From a virus (lineage: Duplodnaviria; Caudoviricetes), in IMG/VR virus record IMGVR_UViG_3300021138_001458, positions 1-53,953 of that record: a DNA stretch of 53,953 nucleotides. The stretch is one strand, 5' to 3'. Position numbers and translations under genes: made by a program. This document shows positions 1 to 7,579 of the stretch, piece after piece; within the stretch, counting starts at the first letter, position 1, and each line of letters opens with the position of its first letter. Below the pieces are notes generated by a model that was not told where the DNA came from, made no database searches, and worked only from the letters and a program-made list of their open reading frames with translations.

Positions 1-236
1 TATCTATATTTCCTTATCAATTTAAAGATCTCTGTTATATCGGTGAACTTCATCTCCTGCCCATATCTGATTGGATAAAAGGCTACTGTGAATCCATGGT
101 TACCATAGAAGTAATCATCCTCTTCTATTTCTTTACCATTTATTTCATCGATATAAATCCAAGGAAAGTTACTGCCTAGTTTTATTTCTATTCCCAGTTT
201 CTCCATCCTCTTCATGAACACATCTAACTTTTCCAT
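1..236 (-). CDS. hypothetical phage protein (78 aa; stop codon cut by the window edge)
   Basis: Read manually: ATG at 236, MEKLDVFMKRMEKLGIEIKLGSNFPWIYIDEING...KLIRKYR, then TA at positions 2-1. Absent from the ORF track. Confidence 0.7.
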   Translation of the reverse strand, partial: MEKLDVFMKRMEKLGIEIKLGSNFPWIYIDEINGKEIEEDDYFYGNHGFTVAFYPIRYGQEMKFTDITEIFKLIRKYR

Positions 237-253
237 TTCAACTACTTTTTACG

Positions 254-326
254 TTTCCCCTAGCAGGCTTGAACTGCTGACTCCGATATTAAAAGTATCG
301 TACTCTACCAACTGAGTTAAGAGGAA
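254..326 (-). tRNA. tRNA-Lys(UUU), no encoded CCA
   Basis: Cloverleaf: acceptor TTCCTCT/AGGGGAA, D-arm ACTC-AGTTGGTA-GAGT, anticodon arm CGATA-CTTTTAA-TATCG, T-arm AGCAG-TTCAAGC-CTGCT, discriminator A. Confidence 0.93.
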
Positions 327-410
327 TTGATATGCTATCTATAAGTCCTCCTTAGCTTTTTAATTAGAGGACACTGTCTCGTTTTCGTTTCATTGTTAAA
401 TTTGTTTATG

Positions 411-482
411 TGGTACCTTGGAGTAACGATCTCCACTCTGAAGATTTTCAGTCTTCCGCTAATCCATCTCAGCTAAAGCACC
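411..482 (-). tRNA. tRNA-Phe(GAA), non-canonical T-loop, no encoded CCA
   Basis: Acceptor GGTGCTT/AGGTACC, anticodon arm GAAGA-CTGAAAA-TCTTC, T-arm TGGAG-ATCGTTA-CTCCA (A instead of T at position 54). Confidence 0.88.
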
Positions 483-579
483 ATTGTTATTATCTCTTTC
501 TATATATTAAATGTAAGGACTTTTTTTCGATCTACCTACAATTTGTTTAACAAATCTTAACTTTTTTTTTAATTAAAAT

Positions 580-608
580 AAAAAAGCCCTGATTTTGTGG
601 TCAGGGCT
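580..608 (-). terminator. Rho-independent terminator
   Basis: Minus strand AGCCCTGA-CCACAAAA-TCAGGGCT followed by a U-tract, downstream of the 636-764 ORF. Confidence 0.8.
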
Positions 609-635
609 CTTTAGTTATTGGTTATTATAGAATCT

Positions 636-764
636 TTATTCTGCTTCTCCGTCACTAATTCGCCCTTTGTTTGTATCTTTAATCATATTAAAACAATACG
701 CCACCGGTAGTAGATTTCTACTCTCTGTCTGCCAATTGCCTGTATGTAATATAGATCGTGTCAT
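636..764 (-). CDS. small hypothetical protein / possible leader peptide (42 aa)
   Basis: Read manually: MTRSILHTGNWQTESRNLLPVAYCFNMIKDTNKGRISDGEAE*. Preceded by TATTTAT (772-778) and a host-type promoter (802-832); followed by a terminator. Confidence 0.5.
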   Translation of the reverse strand: MTRSILHTGNWQTESRNLLPVAYCFNMIKDTNKGRISDGEAE

Positions 765-801
765 TGTATTAATAAATAGTCTCTGTTTCTGTTTTATTTA
801 A

Positions 802-832
802 TAAATATAAGAACTTTTTTTCTACTTTCCAA
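802..832 (-). promoter_or_regulatory. Bacteroidota-type sigma-A promoter (-33 TTG / -7 TATATTTA, 20-nt spacer)
   Basis: TTGGAAAGTAGAAAAAAAGTTCTTATATTTA; the same motif and spacing recur across the window. Confidence 0.7.
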
Positions 833-980
833 CTTTTATTTCTCTTTTTATTTGTCTAGCTAGCCATTTCTTTCTAAAATCTACTATAGGTGGTATCTTA
901 TTCCACTTCTTTGTTTTGATGTAGTGGTTTACTAACCTAGATGTTAGGTCAATGGTGAATGAGTAGAGTTTATACTTCAC
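822..980 (-). CDS. small basic hypothetical protein (52 aa, GTG start)
   Basis: Read manually: MKYKLYSFTIDLTSRLVNHYIKTKKWNKIPPIVDFRKKWLARQIKREIKVGK*. GTGA overlap with the upstream stop. Confidence 0.5.
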   Translation of the reverse strand: MKYKLYSFTIDLTSRLVNHYIKTKKWNKIPPIVDFRKKWLARQIKREIKVGK

Positions 981-1141
981 AACTTTTCTAATTCCTGATG
1001 TACATAAATCCAGTAATCTGTATCAAATACATTTTGGATTAATTCCTCAACTGTAATAATAGCATGTTGTATTGCTTCTTTTTCAATAGCAAAAACATTA
1101 TGCTTATCAATTAATTCTTGTGCTTTTTCTTTTGGTGTCAT
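977..1141 (-). CDS. small hypothetical phage protein (54 aa, MTPKEKA-type)
   Basis: Read manually: MTPKEKAQELIDKHNVFAIEKEAIQHAIITVEELIQNVFDTDYWIYVHQELEKL*. Host-type promoter at 1157-1187 directly upstream. Confidence 0.7.
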   Translation of the reverse strand: MTPKEKAQELIDKHNVFAIEKEAIQHAIITVEELIQNVFDTDYWIYVHQELEKL

Positions 1142-1156
1142 AACTTTTTATTTAAC

Positions 1157-1187
1157 TAAATATAAGGACTTTTTTTCTACTTTCCAA
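1157..1187 (-). promoter_or_regulatory. Bacteroidota-type promoter
   Basis: TTG(1187-1185)-N20-TATATTTA(1164-1157). Confidence 0.7.
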
Positions 1188-1890
1188 CTTTAAATTTACC
1201 ATCTTCCAAAATTAAATACTCACCTGATGTTGGTAACGTATCAATGAAGTAGTATCTACCTCCTGTGGCTTTACCTTCGATATCAATTTGAGATTGTACT
1301 GTATGTCCAACTACTTGGATTACTTCTTTACGTAATGTATCGTAGTTAATATGCATTAGTGATTTAGGTCTAATCCAAATTGGTGTTTGGTATATGTCAT
1401 CTCCATACGGATCTCTACCGTAGAACATAAACATCTTGGGTCTATATTTGAATAGATCGTTTAATAAGTCTGCGATACTATTTACTCTCCACCTCTCTTT
1501 ACCAAATACATCGTCTAGGTACCTACTGCTAACACCGGCATGTGTATACATTACACCATCAAATTGGTATGCCATTTGTAGATGTTCTCTATTCTCGTCT
1601 ACCACTTGAGTGATATTAGGTGCAATACCTTGTTGGTATCCGCTTGTACCGGTGTTTCCGATTTCAGGGAAGTAGTGATGATCATGATTACCAATCAGCA
1701 TTATTACTTCTGACTCTGTTGATTTCTTGTATTCAATAATCTCTTTGAAGTTAGCAATCTGCTCTACTCCACTTATATCAAATGAATCAAAGTAATCACC
1801 AATAAAGATTACCTTGTCAGGTTTCTCTTGATGTACTATTAGTTTCCATGTTGACATTCCGTGGGTATCTCCTATTATAACTGTTTTCAT
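1177..1890 (-). CDS. calcineurin-like metallophosphoesterase
   Basis: Motifs GDTHG, GDYFD, GNHD, HAG and GHT. Confidence 0.9.
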   Translation of the reverse strand: MKTVIIGDTHGMSTWKLIVHQEKPDKVIFIGDYFDSFDISGVEQIANFKEIIEYKKSTESEVIMLIGNHDHHYFPEIGNTGTSGYQQGIAPNITQVVDENREHLQMAYQFDGVMYTHAGVSSRYLDDVFGKERWRVNSIADLLNDLFKYRPKMFMFYGRDPYGDDIYQTPIWIRPKSLMHINYDTLRKEVIQVVGHTVQSQIDIEGKATGGRYYFIDTLPTSGEYLILEDGKFKVGK

Positions 1891-1894
1891 AAAC

Positions 1895-1925
1895 TAAATA
1901 TAAGGACTCTACTTTGACTTTCCAA
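1895..1925 (-). promoter_or_regulatory. Bacteroidota-type promoter, probably giving a leaderless mRNA
   Basis: TTG(1925-1923)-N20-TATATTTA(1902-1895), only 4 nt before the ATG at 1890. Confidence 0.65.
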
Positions 1926-1928
1926 CTT

Positions 1929-2678
1929 TTAGAAAGACTTTATTTCTATACTATTATCAGTAACAAGTATTGCTGTTTTATTTTCAACCCAGTCTCCTGA
2001 ATTTAAGTAGTGATCATTTCCAATATGACGATCTGCCGGTTGATGAATGTGTCCACAAATCACACCTTGACATCCGTTTTGATGTGCTAATTTAATAGCT
2101 GCCGATTCAAAGTCATTAATATAATTGGTGGCTGCTTTAACACCTGATTTGATTTTCTGTGATATAGATTGATATGGTAACTTTCTCCATACTCTATACC
2201 TGTTATACCATCTATTCAACCATAATGCTAGATCGTATCCAATGGATCCTATCTTGGCCAGCCATTTGTATTTAGTTATGAATACATCTATTACGTCACC
2301 ATGAAAGACATAGTAGCTACGTTGTGATGTTTCTAGTTTGTAGCTCTCCTTTATTTCAATTCTACCAAAGGTATTCCCAATAAATTCTGTTAGGAATTCA
2401 TCGTGGTTACCTCTAATCCAAATTGTTCTTGTTTTATTTGATAGCTTGAGTAACTTAGATACTACTTTGGTATGTTGTTTCTTCCACCTAGCACCTCTGT
2501 TTAGTGCCCACCCGTCCACTATATCTCCATTTAGTATTAGTAGATCGGTTGGATGTTTGTCTATGAATTCAATAAATTCCTTAGCCTTACTGTCCTTAGT
2601 ACCCAAATGTAGATCAGATACTATAATTGCTTTATACTTTATCCCAGTATCCATAATCTTGTTTGTACCAGTTTTCAT
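1929..2678 (-). CDS. UDP-2,3-diacylglucosamine diphosphatase-like (LpxH-family) metallophosphoesterase
   Basis: Motifs SDLHLG, GDIVDGW, GNHD, HGD, CGHIH and NSGDWV. The true start may be the second Met (MDTG). Confidence 0.85.
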   Translation of the reverse strand: MKTGTNKIMDTGIKYKAIIVSDLHLGTKDSKAKEFIEFIDKHPTDLLILNGDIVDGWALNRGARWKKQHTKVVSKLLKLSNKTRTIWIRGNHDEFLTEFIGNTFGRIEIKESYKLETSQRSYYVFHGDVIDVFITKYKWLAKIGSIGYDLALWLNRWYNRYRVWRKLPYQSISQKIKSGVKAATNYINDFESAAIKLAHQNGCQGVICGHIHQPADRHIGNDHYLNSGDWVENKTAILVTDNSIEIKSF

Positions 2679-3339
2679 TATTTCTGTTTAACCACGATGA
2701 CCATGCAAGTTTAATCATGTACCGGACACCCTTGTTAAAAAATCTTCGAGGCGAAGTATGTACATAACGGTTAATGATGCTAAACTTTCTGGGTTTAATC
2801 TTCTGAGATAAATGATAGTCCTCAGCAATCTTGTCTTCTTCATTGAAGCCTCCTAATTGGTTAAATGTTTCGGTTTTAAATAACATAAACCCACCTATCG
2901 CAAAAGGCTTTGTAATCCATGATATTAACTGTATTACGTCAAATATTCTGTACACCCAATTGTATTGACCTGTTGTTGTCTTGAATCGACACGTTACTAA
3001 GTCTAGGTCTTTTTTAATGGTTACCTGTAATGCTTTACGAATGATTTTTGTGTCCTTCAAATACATATCAGCATCTAGGAATAGAACGTAAGGTGTTGTA
3101 ACTAACTTAGCTCCATTGTTACGTGCTACTGCAGGTAACCCCCCTTCTATTATTTCAACCTCAGGATAAAAATTGTGAACTGTATTTACCGTGAGAGCTA
3201 GACGGCCTGTTGATGAATCGGCTAAAATTATTCTACATTTAATACACTGTGTGTAAAGTAGATCTAATGTACCCATCAATCTTAGCCCCTCATTCTTGCA
3301 CGGTATTACTATCGTTAGTTGATTGTTCATATTTTTCAA
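2632..3339 (-). CDS. glycosyltransferase family 2
   Basis: IVIPCKNE, ARNNGA, FLDAD (DxD), GGFNE and AEDY motifs. The true start is probably the ATG at 3330. Confidence 0.88.
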   Translation of the reverse strand: MKNMNNQLTIVIPCKNEGLRLMGTLDLLYTQCIKCRIILADSSTGRLALTVNTVHNFYPEVEIIEGGLPAVARNNGAKLVTTPYVLFLDADMYLKDTKIIRKALQVTIKKDLDLVTCRFKTTTGQYNWVYRIFDVIQLISWITKPFAIGGFMLFKTETFNQLGGFNEEDKIAEDYHLSQKIKPRKFSIINRYVHTSPRRFFNKGVRYMIKLAWSSWLNRNNENWYKQDYGYWDKV

Positions 3340-3445
3340 ATGCTTTAGCTAATTTCTCACCTAACCATTCTCCCCATTCCTCAAATGTGAATGTTGATTC
3401 TGGATGTTCCTGGAGGTGTAACTTGTATTGTCCTTCTAGTGTCAT
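3290..3445 (-). CDS. small hypothetical protein (51 aa)
   Basis: Read manually: MTLEGQYKLHLQEHPESTFTFEEWGEWLGEKLAKAFEKYEQ...*. TAATG coupling to the upstream gene. Confidence 0.55.
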   Translation of the reverse strand: MTLEGQYKLHLQEHPESTFTFEEWGEWLGEKLAKAFEKYEQSTNDSNTVQE

Positions 3446-3846
3446 TACTTATTTATTAGTAGGTGGTCATAAAAGATAACAAATACAATATCCCTTGATA
3501 TCCCTGCAATAACAAAGTATAATGTAATTAACCCAAAGTCATATGGGAATCCAATATATGCTGCAGATGCTATTGCTAGCGAATTAAATATCTCCTTTAA
3601 TGACTTAAATAGATGCCATGCATCTGTTAGAGCTACAGGTATGACTATTCCTTTCCACTTCTTGAATCCTTTGGATGGAGTGTTGTCTACATACTTGTTA
3701 GTCCAGCTAACGTTCTTATTCCAATAGTTTGGATTTTTGTTTTTGAAAATACTAATGCTAAAATGATCTGAACAAGTATCCATTAGAGCATCAAAAATAC
3801 CTCCTATACAATATAGGAGAATAGGAATTAATAGTAAGTATTGCAT
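3445..3846 (-). CDS. hypothetical membrane protein
   Basis: Several hydrophobic segments; SWTNKY...TDAWHLFK motif. Confidence 0.7.
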   Translation of the reverse strand: MQYLLLIPILLYCIGGIFDALMDTCSDHFSISIFKNKNPNYWNKNVSWTNKYVDNTPSKGFKKWKGIVIPVALTDAWHLFKSLKEIFNSLAIASAAYIGFPYDFGLITLYFVIAGISRDIVFVIFYDHLLINK

Positions 3847-3847
3847 A

Positions 3848-4147
3848 TTATTTATTTTTAGGTGGGTGATAATTTTCTCTTAACCAATCCCAGAAGGCTA
3901 ATGCGTCTTCAGGTACACCTACTGGTCTACCGTATCTCTCAATAATATCTAACCAGGTTGGTTGTTGAGGAATGATTTTAGCAAACCATAATGTTTCTAA
4001 AGCTAGGAACTTTTTTTCATACATAAACATTACTTCTTGTCCTTCTTGAAGTTTTTCGGTAATATCTTCCTCTCTTAATTTAACATCACCATATTGGTAT
4101 TTAATATTCCATACCTTATCTTCATTACGATATAGTGTACCTTTCAT
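3848..4147 (-). CDS. hypothetical protein (start revised to MKGTLY)
   Basis: ORF track gives 3848..4183, but the TATTTAT motif at 4152-4158 and an upstream mini-ORF point to the ATG at 4147. Confidence 0.65.
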   Translation of the reverse strand: MKGTLYRNEDKVWNIKYQYGDVKLREEDITEKLQEGQEVMFMYEKKFLALETLWFAKIIPQQPTWLDIIERYGRPVGVPEDALAFWDWLRENYHPPKNK

Positions 4148-4158
4148 GTATATAAATA

Positions 4159-4248
4159 TTAGTTGTTCTTCTCTTCCAAGCATTTAGGGCATGGTATATT
4201 TACTGGATGTAAAGTGCCATGTTTATCACATAGTTTCTTTTCTTTCAT
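4159..4248 (-). CDS. 29-aa putative zinc-binding mini-protein
   Basis: Read manually: MKEKKLCDKHGTLHPVNIPCPKCLEEKNN* (CxxH...CxxC). TAATG coupling to the thyA remnant. Confidence 0.45.
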   Translation of the reverse strand: MKEKKLCDKHGTLHPVNIPCPKCLEEKNN

Positions 4249-4403
4249 TAGTTACTTAACGGGAATCCATCAGACATTTTATGTCTAATTTCTCTACTGA
4301 ATACTGATAGTGTACCTGTACCTGTTCTATCTGTTTTCTTTACTCCATTATCCAATATATCTTGAAGTAAATCTGTGTATTGTTTATCTAGTTTATTGTT
4401 CAT
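4248..4403 (-). pseudogene. thyA: thymidylate synthase N-terminal remnant (51 aa)
   Basis: [51 protein letters not shown] matches the ThyA N-terminus (QY..L..IL..G..K.DRTGTGT.S.F...R..L..GFPL) and stops before the LTTK motif. Confidence 0.85.
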
Positions 4404-4663
4404 ATTAGTATACATTTTTCTCTTGGGAATGATAGTATATGTAATTTACCATCTATATAAGCATCGCCTGAATACAACTTCTCCTCTGTCCCTATAATAG
4501 TCATATTTGCTACATTTATTAATTCTAAACCTGCTTTATAAACAGTTGAATCTGGGTGTCGTTGATAGTCTTCTACTAGTCTTACTTTAATACCGTCTGT
4601 CCATCTTGTTGATTTATTCATATTCTTTATTTTAATCCCACCATCTTCTAATATTCCTCTCAA
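4400..4663 (-). CDS. hypothetical protein
   Basis: ORF track; ATGA overlap with the thyA remnant. The true start may be an internal Met (MNKS). Confidence 0.55.
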   Translation of the reverse strand: MRGILEDGGIKIKNMNKSTRWTDGIKVRLVEDYQRHPDSTVYKAGLELINVANMTIIGTEEKLYSGDAYIDGKLHILSFPREKCILI

Positions 4664-5156
4664 GGATAGTGAATAGTAATTTATGTGCTCTTTCTTCGTT
4701 GATGTGTGCTATATTCAAAGCAATACCTACTACAGTATCTTTATTGAAGATAGGTTCAGGATTGTTTATAACCTGCTTGTAGATGCGTGGATACTTTCTA
4801 AAGTATTCATCAAAACGATGATTTGGATCTTCTTCGATATCTAGTTCCCAGTAACCTGGTTGTGATTCAGAATCATTCCAATTGAACTTTGGTTCATGGT
4901 AATCCTGATATTCACCACTATACCATTCATTCTGTAGCTTATCAATCAATCTTACACATAGTCTCATAATTTGAGCATCACGTTGGGCACGTAGATGTCT
5001 GTCATGATATCCAATGTACTCTGCTTGATTCTTTAGTTTGAATTTGAGAATCTCGTAAATGTATCTGTGATCCCAATCCTGGTCATTCCATATGATTGGA
5101 AACCATCTTACTAAGTTTTTTATTCTTTTAAAGAAACCTTTAATTGTGTGTATCAT
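4632..5156 (-). CDS. hypothetical phage protein
   Basis: 174-aa ORF with a W.DQDWD..YIY..L.FKL...RRWWD pattern, in a tightly packed operon. Confidence 0.75.
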   Translation of the reverse strand: MIHTIKGFFKRIKNLVRWFPIIWNDQDWDHRYIYEILKFKLKNQAEYIGYHDRHLRAQRDAQIMRLCVRLIDKLQNEWYSGEYQDYHEPKFNWNDSESQPGYWELDIEEDPNHRFDEYFRKYPRIYKQVINNPEPIFNKDTVVGIALNIAHINEERAHKLLFTILERNIRRWWD

Positions 5157-5164
5157 AACTTGTT

Positions 5165-5689
5165 TTATTTGTTTTCTTCAATGAATGTAATTAATAATTC
5201 TTCTAGCTCTTTTGTGTATTTTGGGTTAGCAGCCCCAGCAGCCCAAGCAGCCCAAGCAGCAGCCTTAGCAGCCCCAGCAGCCCTAGAAGCAGCCCTAGCA
5301 GCAGCCCTAGCAGCACTAGCAATCCTAGCAGCATCCGAAGCAGCCCAAGCAGCATCCACAGCATCCTCTAACTCCTCTACACCTATCTCACCTGCTAGGT
5401 ATAACCTAGCAGCTTCTATTGCTTTACGAGGTCTGTTATCACTAGGGTACTCCTCTTCAAAGATAGGAAGAACAGCTTCTGCTATTTTAATAGCAAGATG
5501 TTGGTTCTGACTATTTGTAAAAACTCTACAACAAAAGAACCAGTACTTATCCTGTAAAGGAATACTACTCTGTAGTATATCTTCATAGCTAACTACTTCT
5601 CTTTCTTTTGGAAATAGATTTTCTATTTGCTCACTTTCATAACATCCTATATTTTCTAACAGGAACTCTAAATTGTATTCTGTTTGCAT
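5165..5689 (-). CDS. Imm5-like (putative immunity protein family) helical protein with an Ala-rich tail
   Basis: AE.VLPIFE..YP.DNRPRKAIEAAR motif followed by AAWAA/AARAA repeats. Confidence 0.65.
   Translation of the reverse strand: MQTEYNLEFLLENIGCYESEQIENLFPKEREVVSYEDILQSSIPLQDKYWFFCCRVFTNSQNQHLAIKIAEAVLPIFEEEYPSDNRPRKAIEAARLYLAGEIGVEELEDAVDAAWAASDAARIASAARAAARAASRAAGAAKAAAWAAWAAGAANPKYTKELEELLITFIEENK
5227..5365. repeat. degenerate tandem repeat (gcagccc[c/a/t]a units) encoding Ala-rich repeats
   Basis: Seen directly: gcagccccagcagcccaagcagcccaagcagcagccttagcagcccc... Confidence 0.8.
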
Positions 5690-5692
5690 AAC

Positions 5693-6085
5693 TTATTTGT
5701 TTTCGTATTTTACTTTTAATGCTTCGTATTGAGCTCTTTCTTTTACTTCCAATTCTGCTTCTGATATTCTACGAGCTTCTGCTTGTTTTTCTTTTAACAG
5801 TCTAACTCGTTCATCTCTCTCGGTTATTGCTTGTGCTTTAATCTCTTCATTTGATTTATAAAGTAGTTCTAGTTTAAAGCTAAATCCTACAGGATCATCA
5901 TAGTAATGAGCTGTTTCTGATCGGATAAAAATCTCATCTTCGTCGATTTCAACCTCTCTACATGCTTTATAAAGTGGATATCTATCTTTATCTACTTCAT
6001 TTAATATCTCAGCTACTTGAAGTGCTTTGTCTTCTATTGCTTCTTTAGCAGCTAGGTAACTTTCAAACTGTTCTTTTGTTATCAT
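5693..6085 (-). CDS. hypothetical protein
   Basis: 130-aa ORF; host-type promoter at 6101-6131. Confidence 0.75.
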   Translation of the reverse strand: MITKEQFESYLAAKEAIEDKALQVAEILNEVDKDRYPLYKACREVEIDEDEIFIRSETAHYYDDPVGFSFKLELLYKSNEEIKAQAITERDERVRLLKEKQAEARRISEAELEVKERAQYEALKVKYENK

Positions 6086-6100
6086 AATTTTCTATTTAAT

Positions 6101-6131
6101 TAAATATAAGAACTATTCTTTGACCAAACAA
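6101..6131 (-). promoter_or_regulatory. Bacteroidota-type promoter
   Basis: TTG(6131-6129)-N20-TATATTTA(6108-6101). Confidence 0.7.
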
Positions 6132-6142
6132 CTTTATTTTAT

Positions 6143-6165
6143 AAAAAAACCTCCTAAAAAGGAGG
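6143..6165 (-). terminator. Rho-independent terminator
   Basis: CCTCCT-TTTT-AGGAGG followed by T7. Confidence 0.75.
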
Positions 6166-6191
6166 CTTAATTTTGGTTTTGTAGAAATTAA

Positions 6192-6449
6192 TTATTGGTT
6201 TTCTTCGGGTTGTTTTGGTTGCTGGTCTGGTTTACTTAGTCCTTTTAAGCTAAATTTATCTACCGTATCTGCACCAATACCTACTACTGCTAATAATAAT
6301 ACAGCATTTAAAGCTGTGGTATCGGGTGTATACTTTAAAAATACTATAGTACATAGTACTAATGTACATATAAAGCCGGCTACTGGTTTGATTGATATTG
6401 ATCCTCTCTCGTCTTTAAAGAGACTGATTACAAATTCTTTAAATGTCAT
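6192..6449 (-). CDS. small two-TM membrane protein (holin-like)
   Basis: Two hydrophobic helices and a charged C-terminus; TATTTAT late-type motif at 6465-6471 and its own terminator. Confidence 0.55.
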   Translation of the reverse strand: MTFKEFVISLFKDERGSISIKPVAGFICTLVLCTIVFLKYTPDTTALNAVLLLAVVGIGADTVDKFSLKGLSKPDQQPKQPEENQ

Positions 6450-6547
6450 ACTATTTAATTTATTATAAATAGTAAAAAAACATCTTTCTCGTTTAAAAAG
6501 GTAATGTTTGCGAGCCTTTTTTGCTCCCTCGACCTTTTTTAAGTTTA

Positions 6548-6712
6548 CTACTTAGTTGTAGGTAGTATTACTACTGTACCGCTATCTAAGCTTGTAGTGT
6601 CTACTTTTACTGAATCTACCTTTGTAGAATCGGTAGTGGGAGTTGGTGTTGAACTGTTTACGCAAGCTACTAAGAATAATGCGATTACAGCTGCTGTGAT
6701 GATTGCTTTCAT
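6548..6712 (-). CDS. small lipoprotein (54 aa)
   Basis: Read manually: MKAIITAAVIALFLVA|CVNSSTPTPTTDSTKVDSVKVDTTSLDSG...; lipobox LVAC. Confidence 0.75.
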   Translation of the reverse strand: MKAIITAAVIALFLVACVNSSTPTPTTDSTKVDSVKVDTTSLDSGTVVILPTTK

Positions 6713-6733
6713 GTTTTTATTTTGTTTAGTTAG

Positions 6734-6991
6734 TTAAATTAGGGCAGCTAGGGTGTTTGCTAAAGCACTCTTTGCCATTGCTCCAGTGTGTCTGAATACA
6801 GTTTGGCCATTCTTTGCTGCTATGATTGTTGGAACTGAGGTTACTCCAAACTGTTGGGCTAGTGCTTGGTTATGTTGAGCATCTATAAACTGCATTGGAA
6901 TGTTTTTCTCTGCTACAACCTCCTGTACTACAGGTTTAAATGCCTTACAAGGTCCGCACCAAGCAGTGCTAAAATAGTAAAATTGTGTCAT
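6734..6991 (-). CDS. trxA: thioredoxin
   Basis: WCGPC active site and a VPT cis-Pro motif. Confidence 0.92.
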   Translation of the reverse strand: MTQFYYFSTAWCGPCKAFKPVVQEVVAEKNIPMQFIDAQHNQALAQQFGVTSVPTIIAAKNGQTVFRHTGAMAKSALANTLAALI

Positions 6992-7001
6992 GTGTTATTT
7001 T

Positions 7002-7346
7002 TTATTTCCAGAATAATTGTAATAATATAATCGCTAATCCTAAAAGAAGACAGGCTGCTGTCTTAAGTGTTATTGGTTCTTTGAACAAGAGAGTGGAAAG
7101 TGTTGTAAAAATGATTACTCCAACTCCAAAACCGATTAATCTAGAGGGCCATAGCTGACCATCGTAGGCAGCTACCATGTACTTAACTGATATCATAAAT
7201 AAGTATGAGATCGGTATGCCTAGTAATATTACGAAGTTTTGGTTCTGCTTTAGGATTGGAATCTTTAGACTTCCCTGTAATTGAAAAAAAGTTATGATAT
7301 TTGCGATAACTCCACAAATAATCCCCTTTATTAAGTTGCTTACCAT
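7002..7346 (-). CDS. four-TM small membrane protein (DMT/SMR-like)
   Basis: 114 aa, four hydrophobic segments, C-terminal FKEPITLK pattern. Confidence 0.6.
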   Translation of the reverse strand: MVSNLIKGIICGVIANIITFFQLQGSLKIPILKQNQNFVILLGIPISYLFMISVKYMVAAYDGQLWPSRLIGFGVGVIIFTTLSTLLFKEPITLKTAACLLLGLAIILLQLFWK

Positions 7347-7486
7347 ATTTTAAAATAAGCTTTTAAGTATAGGATAGCAAAGTGAACTTCAGGATTACTT
7401 GCTGTTAGAAGTCCTAGGAGATCAAAGTGATTGTAAGAATCACCACAAAGTCCTAGTAAGTGTAAGATTGGGTCCATTGTAAACAT
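7340..7486 (-). CDS. small hypothetical protein (48 aa)
   Basis: Read manually: MFTMDPILHLLGLCGDSYNHFDLLGLLTASNPEVHFAILYLKAYFKIW*. Promoter at 7500-7530 upstream. Confidence 0.55.
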   Translation of the reverse strand: MFTMDPILHLLGLCGDSYNHFDLLGLLTASNPEVHFAILYLKAYFKIW

Positions 7487-7499
7487 GTTTGTTATATAA

Positions 7500-7530
7500 T
7501 AAATATACTAATCTTTTTTCAATTTACCAA
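7500..7530 (-). promoter_or_regulatory. Bacteroidota-type promoter
   Basis: TTTG ending at 7528, N20, TATATTTA(7507-7500). Confidence 0.7.
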
Positions 7531-7533
7531 AAG

Positions 7534-7561
7534 AAAAAAAAACTCCTCACTTAGGAGGAGT
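7534..7561 (-). terminator. Rho-independent terminator after groEL
   Basis: ACTCCTC-CTAAGT-GAGGAGT followed by a U-tract. Confidence 0.85.
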
Positions 7562-7579
7562 CTTCTTTATAGTTTTACT

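Noticed and set aside
5227-5365. Possible CRISPR-like or non-coding repeat array
   Set aside because: The units are degenerate 9-12 nt codon repeats encoding Ala-rich protein, with no unique spacers. No CRISPR array was seen anywhere in the window.
6495-6540. Imperfect inverted repeat (AAAAAGGT...GAGC...GCTC...ACCTTTTT) after the lipoprotein gene
   Set aside because: Probably an ordinary terminator or stability hairpin; the pairing is interrupted and there is no second copy to support more.
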